A DNA stretch of 64,000 nt from an uncultured Muribaculaceae bacterium (GTDB taxonomy: Bacteria > Cyanobacteriota > Vampirovibrionia > Gastranaerophilales > Gastranaerophilaceae), in contig CAYYPD010000001.1 in NCBI GenBank assembly GCA_964473445.1, forward strand, positions 1,891-65,890, read 5' to 3'. Position 1 is the first letter of the stretch. Each line of letters opens with the position of its first letter. Below, one piece after another: positions 19,142-27,401 of this stretch. A program made the translations under genes and the position numbers. The notes beneath the pieces were generated by a model that did not search any database, was not told where the DNA came from, and saw nothing but the letters and a program-made list of their open reading frames with translations.

Positions 19142-19950
19142 TGACTAAAGAAAGATTGGATAAGATATTAACCGATAAAGGTTACTTTGAAAGTAAAAGC
19201 AGAGCTCAAGCCGCAATTATGGCAGGAAATGTAAAAGTTGACGGCAATGTTATTACGAAAGCAGGGTTTCAGCTTGAAGTAAAAGAAAATACTCAATTTG
19301 AAATTAAATCAATGCCTTTTGTATCCCGTGGCGGTTTTAAGCTGGATAAAGCAATTAAATTCTTTAACATTGATTTAAAAAATAAAATTTGTCTTGATGC
19401 AGGTGCTTCAACAGGAGGATTTACCGATTGCATGCTGCAGAACGGGGCAAAAAAAGTATATAGCATAGATGTCGGATACGGTCAAATTTCTTGGAAATTA
19501 AGAACTGATGACAGAGTTAAGGTTGTTGAAAAAACAAATGTAAAAAATTGTGCAATTGAAGATGTATATTCTGACGATGATGAAAAAGCGGAATTTTTAA
19601 CAATGGACTTATCTTTTATTTCAATAACTAAAGTTATTGATAATTTAATAAAATTATCTAACGGAGAAAGTTTTGAGATTGTATCTTTAATAAAACCTCA
19701 ATTTGAAGCAGACAAAGAACAGGTGGGGAAAAATGGCGTTGTCAGAGAGAAAGAAACGCATATTGAAGTTATAGAAAAAGTTATAAATTACTGCAAAAAT
19801 TTAAGATTATACGTTAAAGGTTTAACTTTTTCCCCTATAAAAGGACCGAAAGGAAATATTGAATACTTAGTTTATCTTACAAATAAAGAGATTGAAGAAA
19901 CCTTTAATATAGAAGAAACCGTAAATATTGCACATGAAAGCACTAATTAA
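19141..19950 (+). CDS. tlyA: TlyA family rRNA 2'-O-methyltransferase (S4 domain + FtsJ-like)
   Basis: RLDK.L...G...SR..A...I..G.V.V.G, VSRGG.KL and DAGASTGGFTD. Its start overlaps the tatD stop (TAATG). Confidence 0.88.
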   Translation: MTKERLDKILTDKGYFESKSRAQAAIMAGNVKVDGNVITKAGFQLEVKENTQFEIKSMPFVSRGGFKLDKAIKFFNIDLKNKICLDAGASTGGFTDCMLQNGAKKVYSIDVGYGQISWKLRTDDRVKVVEKTNVKNCAIEDVYSDDDEKAEFLTMDLSFISITKVIDNLIKLSNGESFEIVSLIKPQFEADKEQVGKNGVVREKETHIEVIEKVINYCKNLRLYVKGLTFSPIKGPKGNIEYLVYLTNKEIEETFNIEETVNIAHESTN

Positions 19951-21193
19951 ACGCATTTTTTGTTTCTTTGTTAATTATCTTTATTGCTTCATTAAGCCCA
20001 TAATCCGAACCTTTATAATCAGCAGGTTTATTTAAATACAAATCAGGTGTTATGCCGACATTTGATATATCTTCATTATTCGGAAGAATGTATTTATCTG
20101 TTGTTATAAATAAACCGGTATTGTCTGACAGAGGAATAACGTGCTGAACGGAATTTTTTCCAAAGGTATTTTGTCCTATAACAACTGCACCTAAACCGTG
20201 CCTTAAAGCTCCCGTTAAAATTTCTGCGGCACTTGCAGTCTTTTTATTGACCAATATTACAATCGGTTTTTCAATAAAATCAGAATTTTCATCGGAATAA
20301 ATTTCAAATTTTTGCTTTCCTCTTGTTTCTAAATCAATGATTTTAGTATTTTTCATCATCATATCAGACATTTGAAGTGCATTTGACAAAATTCCGCCAT
20401 AATTATTTCTCAGGTCAATAATTAAACCTTTTGTTTTATTTGTATTTAAAATAATTTCCCAAAAATCTTTAAGAGCATCTTCTCCCATAATTGTCGTCAG
20501 GTTAATTATTCCGATATTATCATCTGTTATTTTATATCTCATTGTATCCAGCGGAATTTCCGCTTTTTCAAGTTTTTTTACTAAAACTTCATCCCCTCTT
20601 TGTACTTCCATAACAGCAGTTGAACCTGATTTTTCAATTAAATTCTGAATTTGAGAAGTTTCAAGTTCTTTTGTTGAAAACCCGTCAATACTTACAATTT
20701 TATCGCCGGGAAGCACATTTTGAGAAAAAGCCGAAGAATTTTTTAAAACGTTATCGATAACAACTTCATCTCCGATTTTATTGTAAATAACACCTACTCC
20801 TGTAATTTTGGAATCTAAAATAATTTTTTGTTTTGCAAAAGACCCTGCCGAAAGAAATTTTGTGTAATTATCATTTAAACTTGCAAGCATTGTATTAATA
20901 GAGACTTTAGCATCAGCTTTTGTTTTAATTTTGCCGTTGTATCTGTTACGCCATCTTTGCCAATCTTGACCGTTCATTGTTTTATCAACATATTCGTTTT
21001 TTGCAATTCTCCAAACATTTATATATAAGCGTTCAGGAGAAATGTTTTGAGATTGCTTTATGTCATTAAAAATGTTCTCAACAAAACTCAAATCAATAAT
21101 TTCATAAGGTCTAAAGAACTCAATACAAACTATTACTATAATTGAAATTATAGTACTTATTAAAATATTCTTAAAATTGACGTCTTGCTGCAT
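19943..21193 (-). CDS. ctpA: Carboxy-terminal processing peptidase (S41) with PDZ domain
   Basis: IDLRNNYGG, TASAAEILTGAL, TFGKNSVQ, and a PDZ-like LPGDKIVSIDG. An N-terminal TM helix is present. I prefer the ATG start at 21193. The track starts at TTG 21229. Confidence 0.85.
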   Translation of the reverse strand: MQQDVNFKNILISTIISIIVIVCIEFFRPYEIIDLSFVENIFNDIKQSQNISPERLYINVWRIAKNEYVDKTMNGQDWQRWRNRYNGKIKTKADAKVSINTMLASLNDNYTKFLSAGSFAKQKIILDSKITGVGVIYNKIGDEVVIDNVLKNSSAFSQNVLPGDKIVSIDGFSTKELETSQIQNLIEKSGSTAVMEVQRGDEVLVKKLEKAEIPLDTMRYKITDDNIGIINLTTIMGEDALKDFWEIILNTNKTKGLIIDLRNNYGGILSNALQMSDMMMKNTKIIDLETRGKQKFEIYSDENSDFIEKPIVILVNKKTASAAEILTGALRHGLGAVVIGQNTFGKNSVQHVIPLSDNTGLFITTDKYILPNNEDISNVGITPDLYLNKPADYKGSDYGLNEAIKIINKETKNAFN

Positions 21194-21232
21194 ATTATAA
21201 ATTCTAAACTCATTTGTAAATAAATACAAATA

Positions 21233-21853
21233 TTATAAGTTATTTAAAATTTCCGTTAAATCCTTGTTATTTATAATTATATTTGCATTTTCACGAACAA
21301 CAGGTTTTGCACAGAAGGCAACTTTTGTTTTTGCATATTTAAACATGCTCAAATCATTCGCTCCGTCACCAACTGTCATGGTATTTTCTTCGCTGATATT
21401 AAGAAGAGCTTGCAATCTTTTTAGCATTTTACCTTTTGAATCACCAAACATCATTTCACCGCCGACTAAACCTGTCATTTTCCCGTCTTTAAAATGTAAT
21501 ATATTTGAGAATTGAGCGTCATACCCTAATACATTTTGAGCAGGAATTGTAGCTGTTTCATAGCCGCCTGAAAAACAAATAACTTTATATCCCATTTTTT
21601 TTAATTCTGTAATTGTTTCTTTTGCACCTTGTGTATAAGGCAGGTTTTTGCAGATATCAGTAATTTTATTTTCATCTGCACCCTTTAAAAGAGCTACTCT
21701 TTTAGTAAGACTCTCAAAAAAGTCTATTTTACCTTCCATTGCTTGTGTTGTAATTTCTTTCATCAATTTTTCAATTTCATACTCTTTTGCAATAAACTCA
21801 AGAGTTTCACCTTCCATAAGAGTTGAATCAAAATCAAAAACCGCTAATTTCAT
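21233..21853 (-). CDS. serB: Phosphoserine phosphatase SerB (HAD family)
   Basis: Motifs FDFDSTL, SGG and GDGANDL. Confidence 0.8.
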   Translation of the reverse strand: MKLAVFDFDSTLMEGETLEFIAKEYEIEKLMKEITTQAMEGKIDFFESLTKRVALLKGADENKITDICKNLPYTQGAKETITELKKMGYKVICFSGGYETATIPAQNVLGYDAQFSNILHFKDGKMTGLVGGEMMFGDSKGKMLKRLQALLNISEENTMTVGDGANDLSMFKYAKTKVAFCAKPVVRENANIIINNKDLTEILNNL

Positions 21854-22097
21854 TTTTACTTTCCTAAATGTTAAGTTTTTTTAATACCAATTAAAAATAA
21901 TTCTCGGTTATTACTGGAACATGAGAATATTTTTTATTAATATTAACACACTTTGAAATGTAATATTAAAAAAAATATAGATAAAAAAATTTTTTTTTGG
22001 TATTCTGTTGCTAAATTGATTTAGTAGAATTATTAAATTATTTATTAATAACACTAGATAGTTAGTATACAAAACAGTTCAGAACAAAGGAGAATCA

Positions 22098-23789
22098 ATG
22101 GGTTTACCAAATGTAGCATATTTCTCAATGGAAATTGCAATTGATCAATCTATAGCAACTTATTCAGGTGGGTTAGGATTCTTAGCAGGTTCGCACATGT
22201 TATCTGCAGGATACTTACAAATGCCTATGGTTGGTGTAACAATGCTTTGGTCTTATGGATACTATAACCAAAGAATAGACCATGATGGTAATGTTGAAGT
22301 TGCTTACATAAGAAAACATTATGATTTCTTAACAGACACTAACGAAACAGTAGAAGTAGAAGTATATGGAGAGAAGGTTAAAGTTAAAGCATTTAAACTT
22401 GAACCCGGCATCTTCGATACTTGCCCTGTTTATTTCTTAACAACAGATATTGAAGAAAACTCTGAATGGGCTCGTTCAATTTCTTACAAGTTGTATGACG
22501 GAAATGAAAAAATCAGAATTTCTCAAGAAACAGTTCTTGGTATTGCAGGTATCAGATTCCTTCAAAAAATCGGATACAATTTCGATTGTGTTCACTTAAA
22601 TGAAGGTCATGCTCTTCCCGCAGCATTTGAATTATTACACCAATACGGGAATGATTTAAACAAAGTTAAAGAAAAAGTTGTATTTACAACTCACACTCCT
22701 GTAGCAGCAGGTAACGAAGTTCACTTCGTAGATAACTTATTAAAAGGCGGTTTCTTCGCAGGTTGCTCAAGAGAAGATGCAGTAAAATTAGGCGGCGAAC
22801 AATTCTCATTAACAGTTGCAGCTTTAAGAATGTCAAGATTAGCTAACGCTGTATCTCAATTACACGGTTTGGTTTCAAATAAAATGTGGAATTGGGTTGA
22901 CGGAAGATGCCCGATTAGAGCTATCACAAACGCTGTAAATCTTCACTACTGGCAAGATGACAGAATGAAAACTGATAACTTAGAAGCATTATTAGATGCT
23001 AAAAAAGAAATGAAACGTGAAGTATTTGAATTTATCGCAAATACTGTAGGGAAAAGACTTGATCCTAACGTTTTAACAATTACTTGGGCAAGAAGATTTG
23101 CTGATTACAAACGTGCTTGGTTAATCTTTATGGATGAAAACAGAATTTTAAAACTGTTAAATGAAAATAAAGTTCAATTAATCTTCGCAGGTAAATTCCA
23201 TCCTGATGATGTTATCGGCAGAGAAATGTTCAACAAAATCTTAAGATGTTCATATACAATGAAAAATGTTGTTGTCCTTACAGGTTATGAATTAGAATTA
23301 AGCGGAAAATTAAAGAGAGCTTCTGATATTTGGTTAAATACACCTTTAAGACCGTTCGAAGCTTCAGGTACTTCAGGCATGTCAGCTAATGCTAACGGTG
23401 CATTGCACTTATCAACATACGACGGCTGGACAGTTGAAGGTACATTCCCGGGAATTAACGGTTACACAATTGAGTATCCGGGATTAGATGACAATATTCC
23501 TTGGGAAGAAAGACACAAAAAAGACTACGAATGTATGATGGATATTATTGAAAATCAAATTATTCCGACATACTATAATGACAAGACAAAATGGGCTATT
23601 ATGATGCGTCAGGCTATCAGAACAGCTGAATCATACTTCAACTCAGACAGAATGGTTATCGAATACTACAACAGGTTGTATAAACCGATAGCTCATGAAC
23701 AAGATGAAGGCGGAGTATCAGGTTCTGATTACCAAGCAGCAACAAAACCTCCATCAAATGATGCTTGGACTTTTTCAAACATTAAATAG
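22098..23789 (+). CDS. glgP: Alpha-glucan phosphorylase family protein (GT35, short type) lacking the PLP lysine
   Basis: GGLGFLAGSHMLSA, FTTHTPVAAGNE and EASGTSGM. The residue after GM is Ser (codon 23382-23384) instead of the conserved Lys. Confidence 0.8.
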   Translation: MGLPNVAYFSMEIAIDQSIATYSGGLGFLAGSHMLSAGYLQMPMVGVTMLWSYGYYNQRIDHDGNVEVAYIRKHYDFLTDTNETVEVEVYGEKVKVKAFKLEPGIFDTCPVYFLTTDIEENSEWARSISYKLYDGNEKIRISQETVLGIAGIRFLQKIGYNFDCVHLNEGHALPAAFELLHQYGNDLNKVKEKVVFTTHTPVAAGNEVHFVDNLLKGGFFAGCSREDAVKLGGEQFSLTVAALRMSRLANAVSQLHGLVSNKMWNWVDGRCPIRAITNAVNLHYWQDDRMKTDNLEALLDAKKEMKREVFEFIANTVGKRLDPNVLTITWARRFADYKRAWLIFMDENRILKLLNENKVQLIFAGKFHPDDVIGREMFNKILRCSYTMKNVVVLTGYELELSGKLKRASDIWLNTPLRPFEASGTSGMSANANGALHLSTYDGWTVEGTFPGINGYTIEYPGLDDNIPWEERHKKDYECMMDIIENQIIPTYYNDKTKWAIMMRQAIRTAESYFNSDRMVIEYYNRLYKPIAHEQDEGGVSGSDYQAATKPPSNDAWTFSNIK

Positions 23790-23805
23790 TCTTTGAAACA
23801 GTTGC

Positions 23806-23835
23806 AAAAAGAGAGTCTTAATGACTCTCTTTTTT
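23806..23835 (+). terminator. Rho-independent terminator after glgP
   Basis: Stem GAGAGTC / GACTCTC followed by TTTTTT. Confidence 0.8.
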
Positions 23836-23847
23836 AATGCAATTAAT

Positions 23848-23871
23848 ATTATCTGTAAAATTATCTGTAAA
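23848..23871. repeat. Tandem duplication 2 x 12 nt (ATTATCTGTAAA)
   Basis: Two perfect adjacent copies. Confidence 0.9.
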
Positions 23872-23876
23872 AATGC

Positions 23877-24120
23877 AAAAAAAAGGGACCTATTGTGTGT
23901 CCCAAACAATTCGGAATGTAAAAGAAAATTATTTTACTATCCATCGTGTTTTAGTAGTAAGTAAGGTAAGTATGAAATTTTAAATCAAATCAAATTAAAG
24001 TAAGTTGAGTACGCGTACTTGTTTTTCTTCTCTTCTCTCAATCTTGCAGTTATTTTAGTTTTTAGTTCTCTCTTAATATCCTTGTTTATTTGTGTTTTTA
24101 TCTCTTTTATGATTTATCTC
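23877..24120 (-). ncRNA. Candidate sRNA, copy A of a two-copy module
   Basis: An orphan minus-strand terminator (GGGAC-N9-GTCCC at 23885-23903 plus an 8-U run). A G-free 23-mer TTCATACTTACCTTACTTACTAC (complement of 23954-23976) is identical to copy B. The upstream motif ATACTTTATATA is shared with copy B. The 5' end is only estimated. Confidence 0.45.
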
Positions 24121-24334
24121 TCGCACTTATATAAAGTATTTTGGATATAAAAAATTGCTAAACTTTAAATATAAAATATATATTTTCTTAACATATCTTA
24201 ATAATAATAGCCATGTTACCTATAAAATCTAAACTTTTTATAGCCGTATAAATAGATAATCGGATAATATACGGGGGCAGGAATTTGAAAGTAATATAAT
24301 GCTATACATATTCCACTCTCACTCGTAAACTGTT

Positions 24335-24360
24335 TGACCGATATTTCGGTCATTTTTTTT
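24335..24360 (+). terminator. Orphan plus-strand rho-independent terminator upstream of efp
   Basis: Stem TGACCGA / TCGGTCA with loop TATT, followed by an 8-T run. No plus-strand CDS ends here. Confidence 0.6.
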
Positions 24361-24479
24361 ACTAATTTTAAAGAAATGTATCTATTCGTTTTTCTAAAAA
24401 TGAAATTTTTGCGAAAAACGGTAAGTTTATGATATATTTTAAAGTGAAATAAAGTGTAATCACAGAAAAGGATAAATGA

Positions 24480-25037
24480 ATGATTTCAGTAAACGATTTA
24501 AAAACAGGCTTAACATTAGAAATTGATGGCGGTCTTTGGAACGTAGTAGAATTTATGCACGTTAAACCGGGAAAAGGAGCTGCATTTGTAAGAACAAAAT
24601 TAAAGAATGCAGAAACAGGCAACGTTGTTGAAAAAACTTTCAGAGCAGGTGAAAAAGTTGCAAAAGCTACATTAGATAAAAGAGATATGCAATACCTTTA
24701 CAAAGAAGGTAATGACTATGTAATGATGGATTTAGAAACATACGAACAAATTTCTGTTGGTGCTGATAAAATTGGCGACGGTGTTAAATATTTAAAAGAA
24801 AATATGAATGTTGCAATTTTACTTCACGGAACAAATATTATCGGTATTGATATTCCGAACTTTGTAGAATTAGAAGTTGTTGATACACCTCCGGCTGAAA
24901 AGGGAAATACAGCTCAAGGCGGTACTAAACCTGCTACATTAGAAACAGGTGCAGTTGTTAACGTTCCGTTCTTCGTTACAACGGGTACAGTTATCAGAGT
25001 TGACACCAGAACAAACGAATATTTAGACAGAGTATAA
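24480..25037 (+). CDS. efp: Elongation factor P
   Basis: MISVNDLK.G..L.IDG..W.V.EF.HVKPGKGAAFVRTKLKN. 185 aa. Confidence 0.95.
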   Translation: MISVNDLKTGLTLEIDGGLWNVVEFMHVKPGKGAAFVRTKLKNAETGNVVEKTFRAGEKVAKATLDKRDMQYLYKEGNDYVMMDLETYEQISVGADKIGDGVKYLKENMNVAILLHGTNIIGIDIPNFVELEVVDTPPAEKGNTAQGGTKPATLETGAVVNVPFFVTTGTVIRVDTRTNEYLDRV

Positions 25038-25053
25038 GGACAAGTAATAAATA

Positions 25054-25515
25054 ATGAATTTTGATTTAAAACTTTTGGAGAAGTTGGCAAATATTGTTTA
25101 TGAGCAAGATTTAAGCGAAATTTCTTTAGAAAATGAAGAAGAAACTATTTGCTTAAAAAGAGAGAAAAAAGTTGAATCGGTAATGCCTCAAGGTGTTTAT
25201 GTTCCGCCGGCAACAGTTACTTCACAAGTAATTTCTGCTCCGGCAGTAAAACAAGAAGCTCCTAAAAAGGCTGAACATACAGGTACACCAATCACTTCTC
25301 CTATGATAGGAACTTTTTATAATGCACCATCTCCTGATGCAGATCCGTTTGTTAAAGTTGGCGATACGGTTGCAAAAGGACAAGTTGTATGTATTATAGA
25401 AGCAATGAAATTAATGAACGAAATTGAAGCTGAGGCTTCAGGCAAAATAACTGAAATCTGCGTTGAAAACGGGCAAGCCGTTGAACAAGGTCAAGTTATT
25501 ATGTATGTTGGTTAA
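25054..25515 (+). CDS. accB: Acetyl-CoA carboxylase biotin carboxyl carrier protein
   Basis: C-terminal biotinyl domain with IEAMKLMNEIEA and a Pro/Ala-rich linker. Confidence 0.9.
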   Translation: MNFDLKLLEKLANIVYEQDLSEISLENEEETICLKREKKVESVMPQGVYVPPATVTSQVISAPAVKQEAPKKAEHTGTPITSPMIGTFYNAPSPDADPFVKVGDTVAKGQVVCIIEAMKLMNEIEAEASGKITEICVENGQAVEQGQVIMYVG

Positions 25516-25538
25516 TAATGTAAAACACTAAATACAAG

Positions 25539-25565
25539 AAAGAGCATTTAATAGGCTCTTTTTTA
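25539..25565 (+). terminator. Rho-independent terminator after accB
   Basis: Stem AAAGAGC / GCTCTTT followed by a T-run. Confidence 0.7.
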
Positions 25566-25584
25566 TGAAAATGGAGATTTATGT

Positions 25585-26043
25585 ATGAAAAAAGTTTTTT
25601 GTTTACTTATTGTTTTTTGTTTTACTGCATTAGGAACTTTTGCTCAAACGGTAAAAGTTCCTAAAGATACAAAAGTTTTGCTTGGAATGAAAAGGACTAA
25701 ATCTCAACGAACAATTTCAGGGGCAGGAAAATTAAATGTTGTAATAAGAAAAGATGTATTTATTAACGGTAAGTTGGTGTTTAAAAAAGGCGATAAGGCT
25801 GTAATATATGTACAAGAAAACAAAAAAGCAAAATTCTTATGTAAAGGCGGAAAACTTGTTCTTTCTGACGGATATGCAACAGACGTAAACGGAAATCAAC
25901 ATGATATTAAATTTTCAAGAGAATACATAGGCAAAGACGCACCTTGGGTTGCAAAACTTATAATTTTCAAAAAAGGGCAAAATGTTGTAATCCCGATAAC
26001 AGAGGAATTTCCTGTTACTACTAAATTTGATTTTAATTTATAA
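25585..26043 (+). CDS. Hypothetical secreted protein
   Basis: Signal peptide MKKVFCLLIVFCFTALGTFAQ. 152 aa, Lys-rich with a beta-type pattern. Confidence 0.55.
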   Translation: MKKVFCLLIVFCFTALGTFAQTVKVPKDTKVLLGMKRTKSQRTISGAGKLNVVIRKDVFINGKLVFKKGDKAVIYVQENKKAKFLCKGGKLVLSDGYATDVNGNQHDIKFSREYIGKDAPWVAKLIIFKKGQNVVIPITEEFPVTTKFDFNL

Positions 26044-26046
26044 GAT

Positions 26047-26075
26047 AAAAAGCAGGTATTTAAAACCTGCTTTTT
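26047..26075. terminator. Bidirectional terminator between convergent genes
   Basis: AAAAGCAGGT-ATTTAAA-ACCTGCTTTTT. Confidence 0.75.
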
Positions 26076-26090
26076 AATATTCTTTATCTT

Positions 26091-26417
26091 TTATTTTTTC
26101 TTTAGTGCGGCTGCTACGACCATTTTTAGTTCGTGGTTTACACTTGGGCGAGAAAACCAATCTATTATATATCTTTCAATCCCAAAACAATTGCCTTTTT
26201 CTTTCAGTCCGCTATTTATGTTAAACACAGCTTCGCACATACCAATTTGAACGCTGAAACAAGGTTTCTTTTCATCCCTTAAATCAAGTCCCATTGTTAG
26301 CCCTCTTACACGCCTTGCACCACCTGCAACTTGCTCTTCAACTTCTTTCTTTTGCGTTAAAAAGTTAATAAGCGATTGCTCTAATTGTGATAATGCAGGA
26401 TCTTTTCCTTCTGCCAT
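26091..26417 (-). CDS. Hypothetical protein (108 aa)
   Basis: RBS AAGGAAG, with its own promoter and palindromic operator. No firmly recognised domain. The C-terminal half (..CFSVQIGMCEAVFNINSG..F..ERYIIDWF) only vaguely recalls DUF4160-type proteins. Confidence 0.55.
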   Translation of the reverse strand: MAEGKDPALSQLEQSLINFLTQKKEVEEQVAGGARRVRGLTMGLDLRDEKKPCFSVQIGMCEAVFNINSGLKEKGNCFGIERYIIDWFSRPSVNHELKMVVAAALKKK

Positions 26418-26462
26418 TTTTTCTTCCTTTTTATATCTATATTTATTACAAGCCCGATTTTT

Positions 26463-26492
26463 ACTGTTTATAAACAGTGTTTTTGTATTATA
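26463..26492 (-). promoter_or_regulatory. TATAAT -10 box followed by a perfect 16-bp palindrome (putative operator)
   Basis: On the minus strand, TATAAT (26492-26487) is followed by ACTGTTTATAAACAGT (26478-26463), about 45 nt upstream of the ATG of the 108-aa gene. Confidence 0.55.
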
Positions 26493-26506
26493 CCCGTTTT
26501 TTGAGC

Positions 26507-26531
26507 AAAAAAAAAGCTCTTTTTCAAGAGC
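26507..26531 (-). terminator. Rho-independent terminator of the radical SAM-HAD operon
   Basis: On the minus strand, GCTCTT-GAAA-AAGAGC is followed by a 9-T run, about 190 nt after the HAD stop codon. Confidence 0.7.
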
Positions 26532-26717
26532 GTTAACTAGGTTAGTTTTGGTAGATAGTTGTTCAGTTTAGACTTTTATGAGTCTTACGTTTTCTTTAAT
26601 GACCGTGAAAAATTTTATGTGCGTGTTTTGTTTTATAAATTTACAAAACTTAATAATAAAATTTAAAATACAGAAAATTTCTATATTTTAAATCTCATAA
26701 AATTAAATTTAGATTGA

Positions 26718-27386
26718 TTATAATAGTTTTAAATCAAGCAATTCTTTATAATTATGAATGATATTGTCAACGTATGGTGATTTTGAATAAAATTCATCAC
26801 TCTCGACAGAAGCTATTGCTATTATCTTTCCAATTTTTGCGTAATGAGCCGATTCAATACCTGCTAAAGAATCTTCTACTACAATGCAATCTTTTGGGGA
26901 TAAATTTATTTTTTTTGCTGCTATTTCATAAATATCAGGAGCAGGTTTTCCTTTTATTTTGCCGTCAGAATAGACTATTTTATCAATATCAAACCACTGT
27001 TCAAGTTTAAACTCTTTTATGTAAAATGAAACATTGTCCCAATCTGACATTGTTGCAATTGTTCTTGGGATATTCTTTGATTTAAGGTAATTTAGAAATT
27101 TTTCGGCATAAGGAGCTAAAACAAAATGCTCTTTATCTTTTAAACACATTTGTCTGTATAATTCTTCTTTCTCTTTGCCGATTTTCTCAACCATTTCAGC
27201 TGTAGGTTTTCTGCCGATAGCATATTCTATAATATCTGCATTTGTGCGTCCAAACATGTGTAAACGCATTTCTTCATCCGTAAATTTATATCCTCTTAAT
27301 TTTTCGGAATATATTCTCCACGCCTCATAATGAAGTTCTGAGTCAAAAAATAATGTTCCGTTAAAATCAAATATAATACCTTGCAT
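26718..27386 (-). CDS. HAD-superfamily hydrolase (beta-phosphoglucomutase-like subfamily IA)
   Basis: IIFDFNGTLFFD (DxD-type motif I), ATMS, and a K...VEDS motif IV. Confidence 0.8.
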   Translation of the reverse strand: MQGIIFDFNGTLFFDSELHYEAWRIYSEKLRGYKFTDEEMRLHMFGRTNADIIEYAIGRKPTAEMVEKIGKEKEELYRQMCLKDKEHFVLAPYAEKFLNYLKSKNIPRTIATMSDWDNVSFYIKEFKLEQWFDIDKIVYSDGKIKGKPAPDIYEIAAKKINLSPKDCIVVEDSLAGIESAHYAKIGKIIAIASVESDEFYSKSPYVDNIIHNYKELLDLKLL

Positions 27387-27401
27387 AAAATTTGTATTTC
27401 T

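Noticed and set aside
23848-23871. A tandem repeat considered as a possible CRISPR or minisatellite.
   Set aside because: It has only two adjacent 12-nt copies with no spacers. No repeat-spacer array exists anywhere in the window.
24019-24150. A 43-codon very hydrophobic plus-strand ORF (LFFFSSLNLAVILVFSSLLISLFICVFISFMIYLSHLYKVFWI) that resembles a type I toxin.
   Set aside because: It has no ATG start and no convincing RBS. The hydrophobic composition is the trivial translation of a T-rich strand, which is the complement of the A-rich candidate sRNA.
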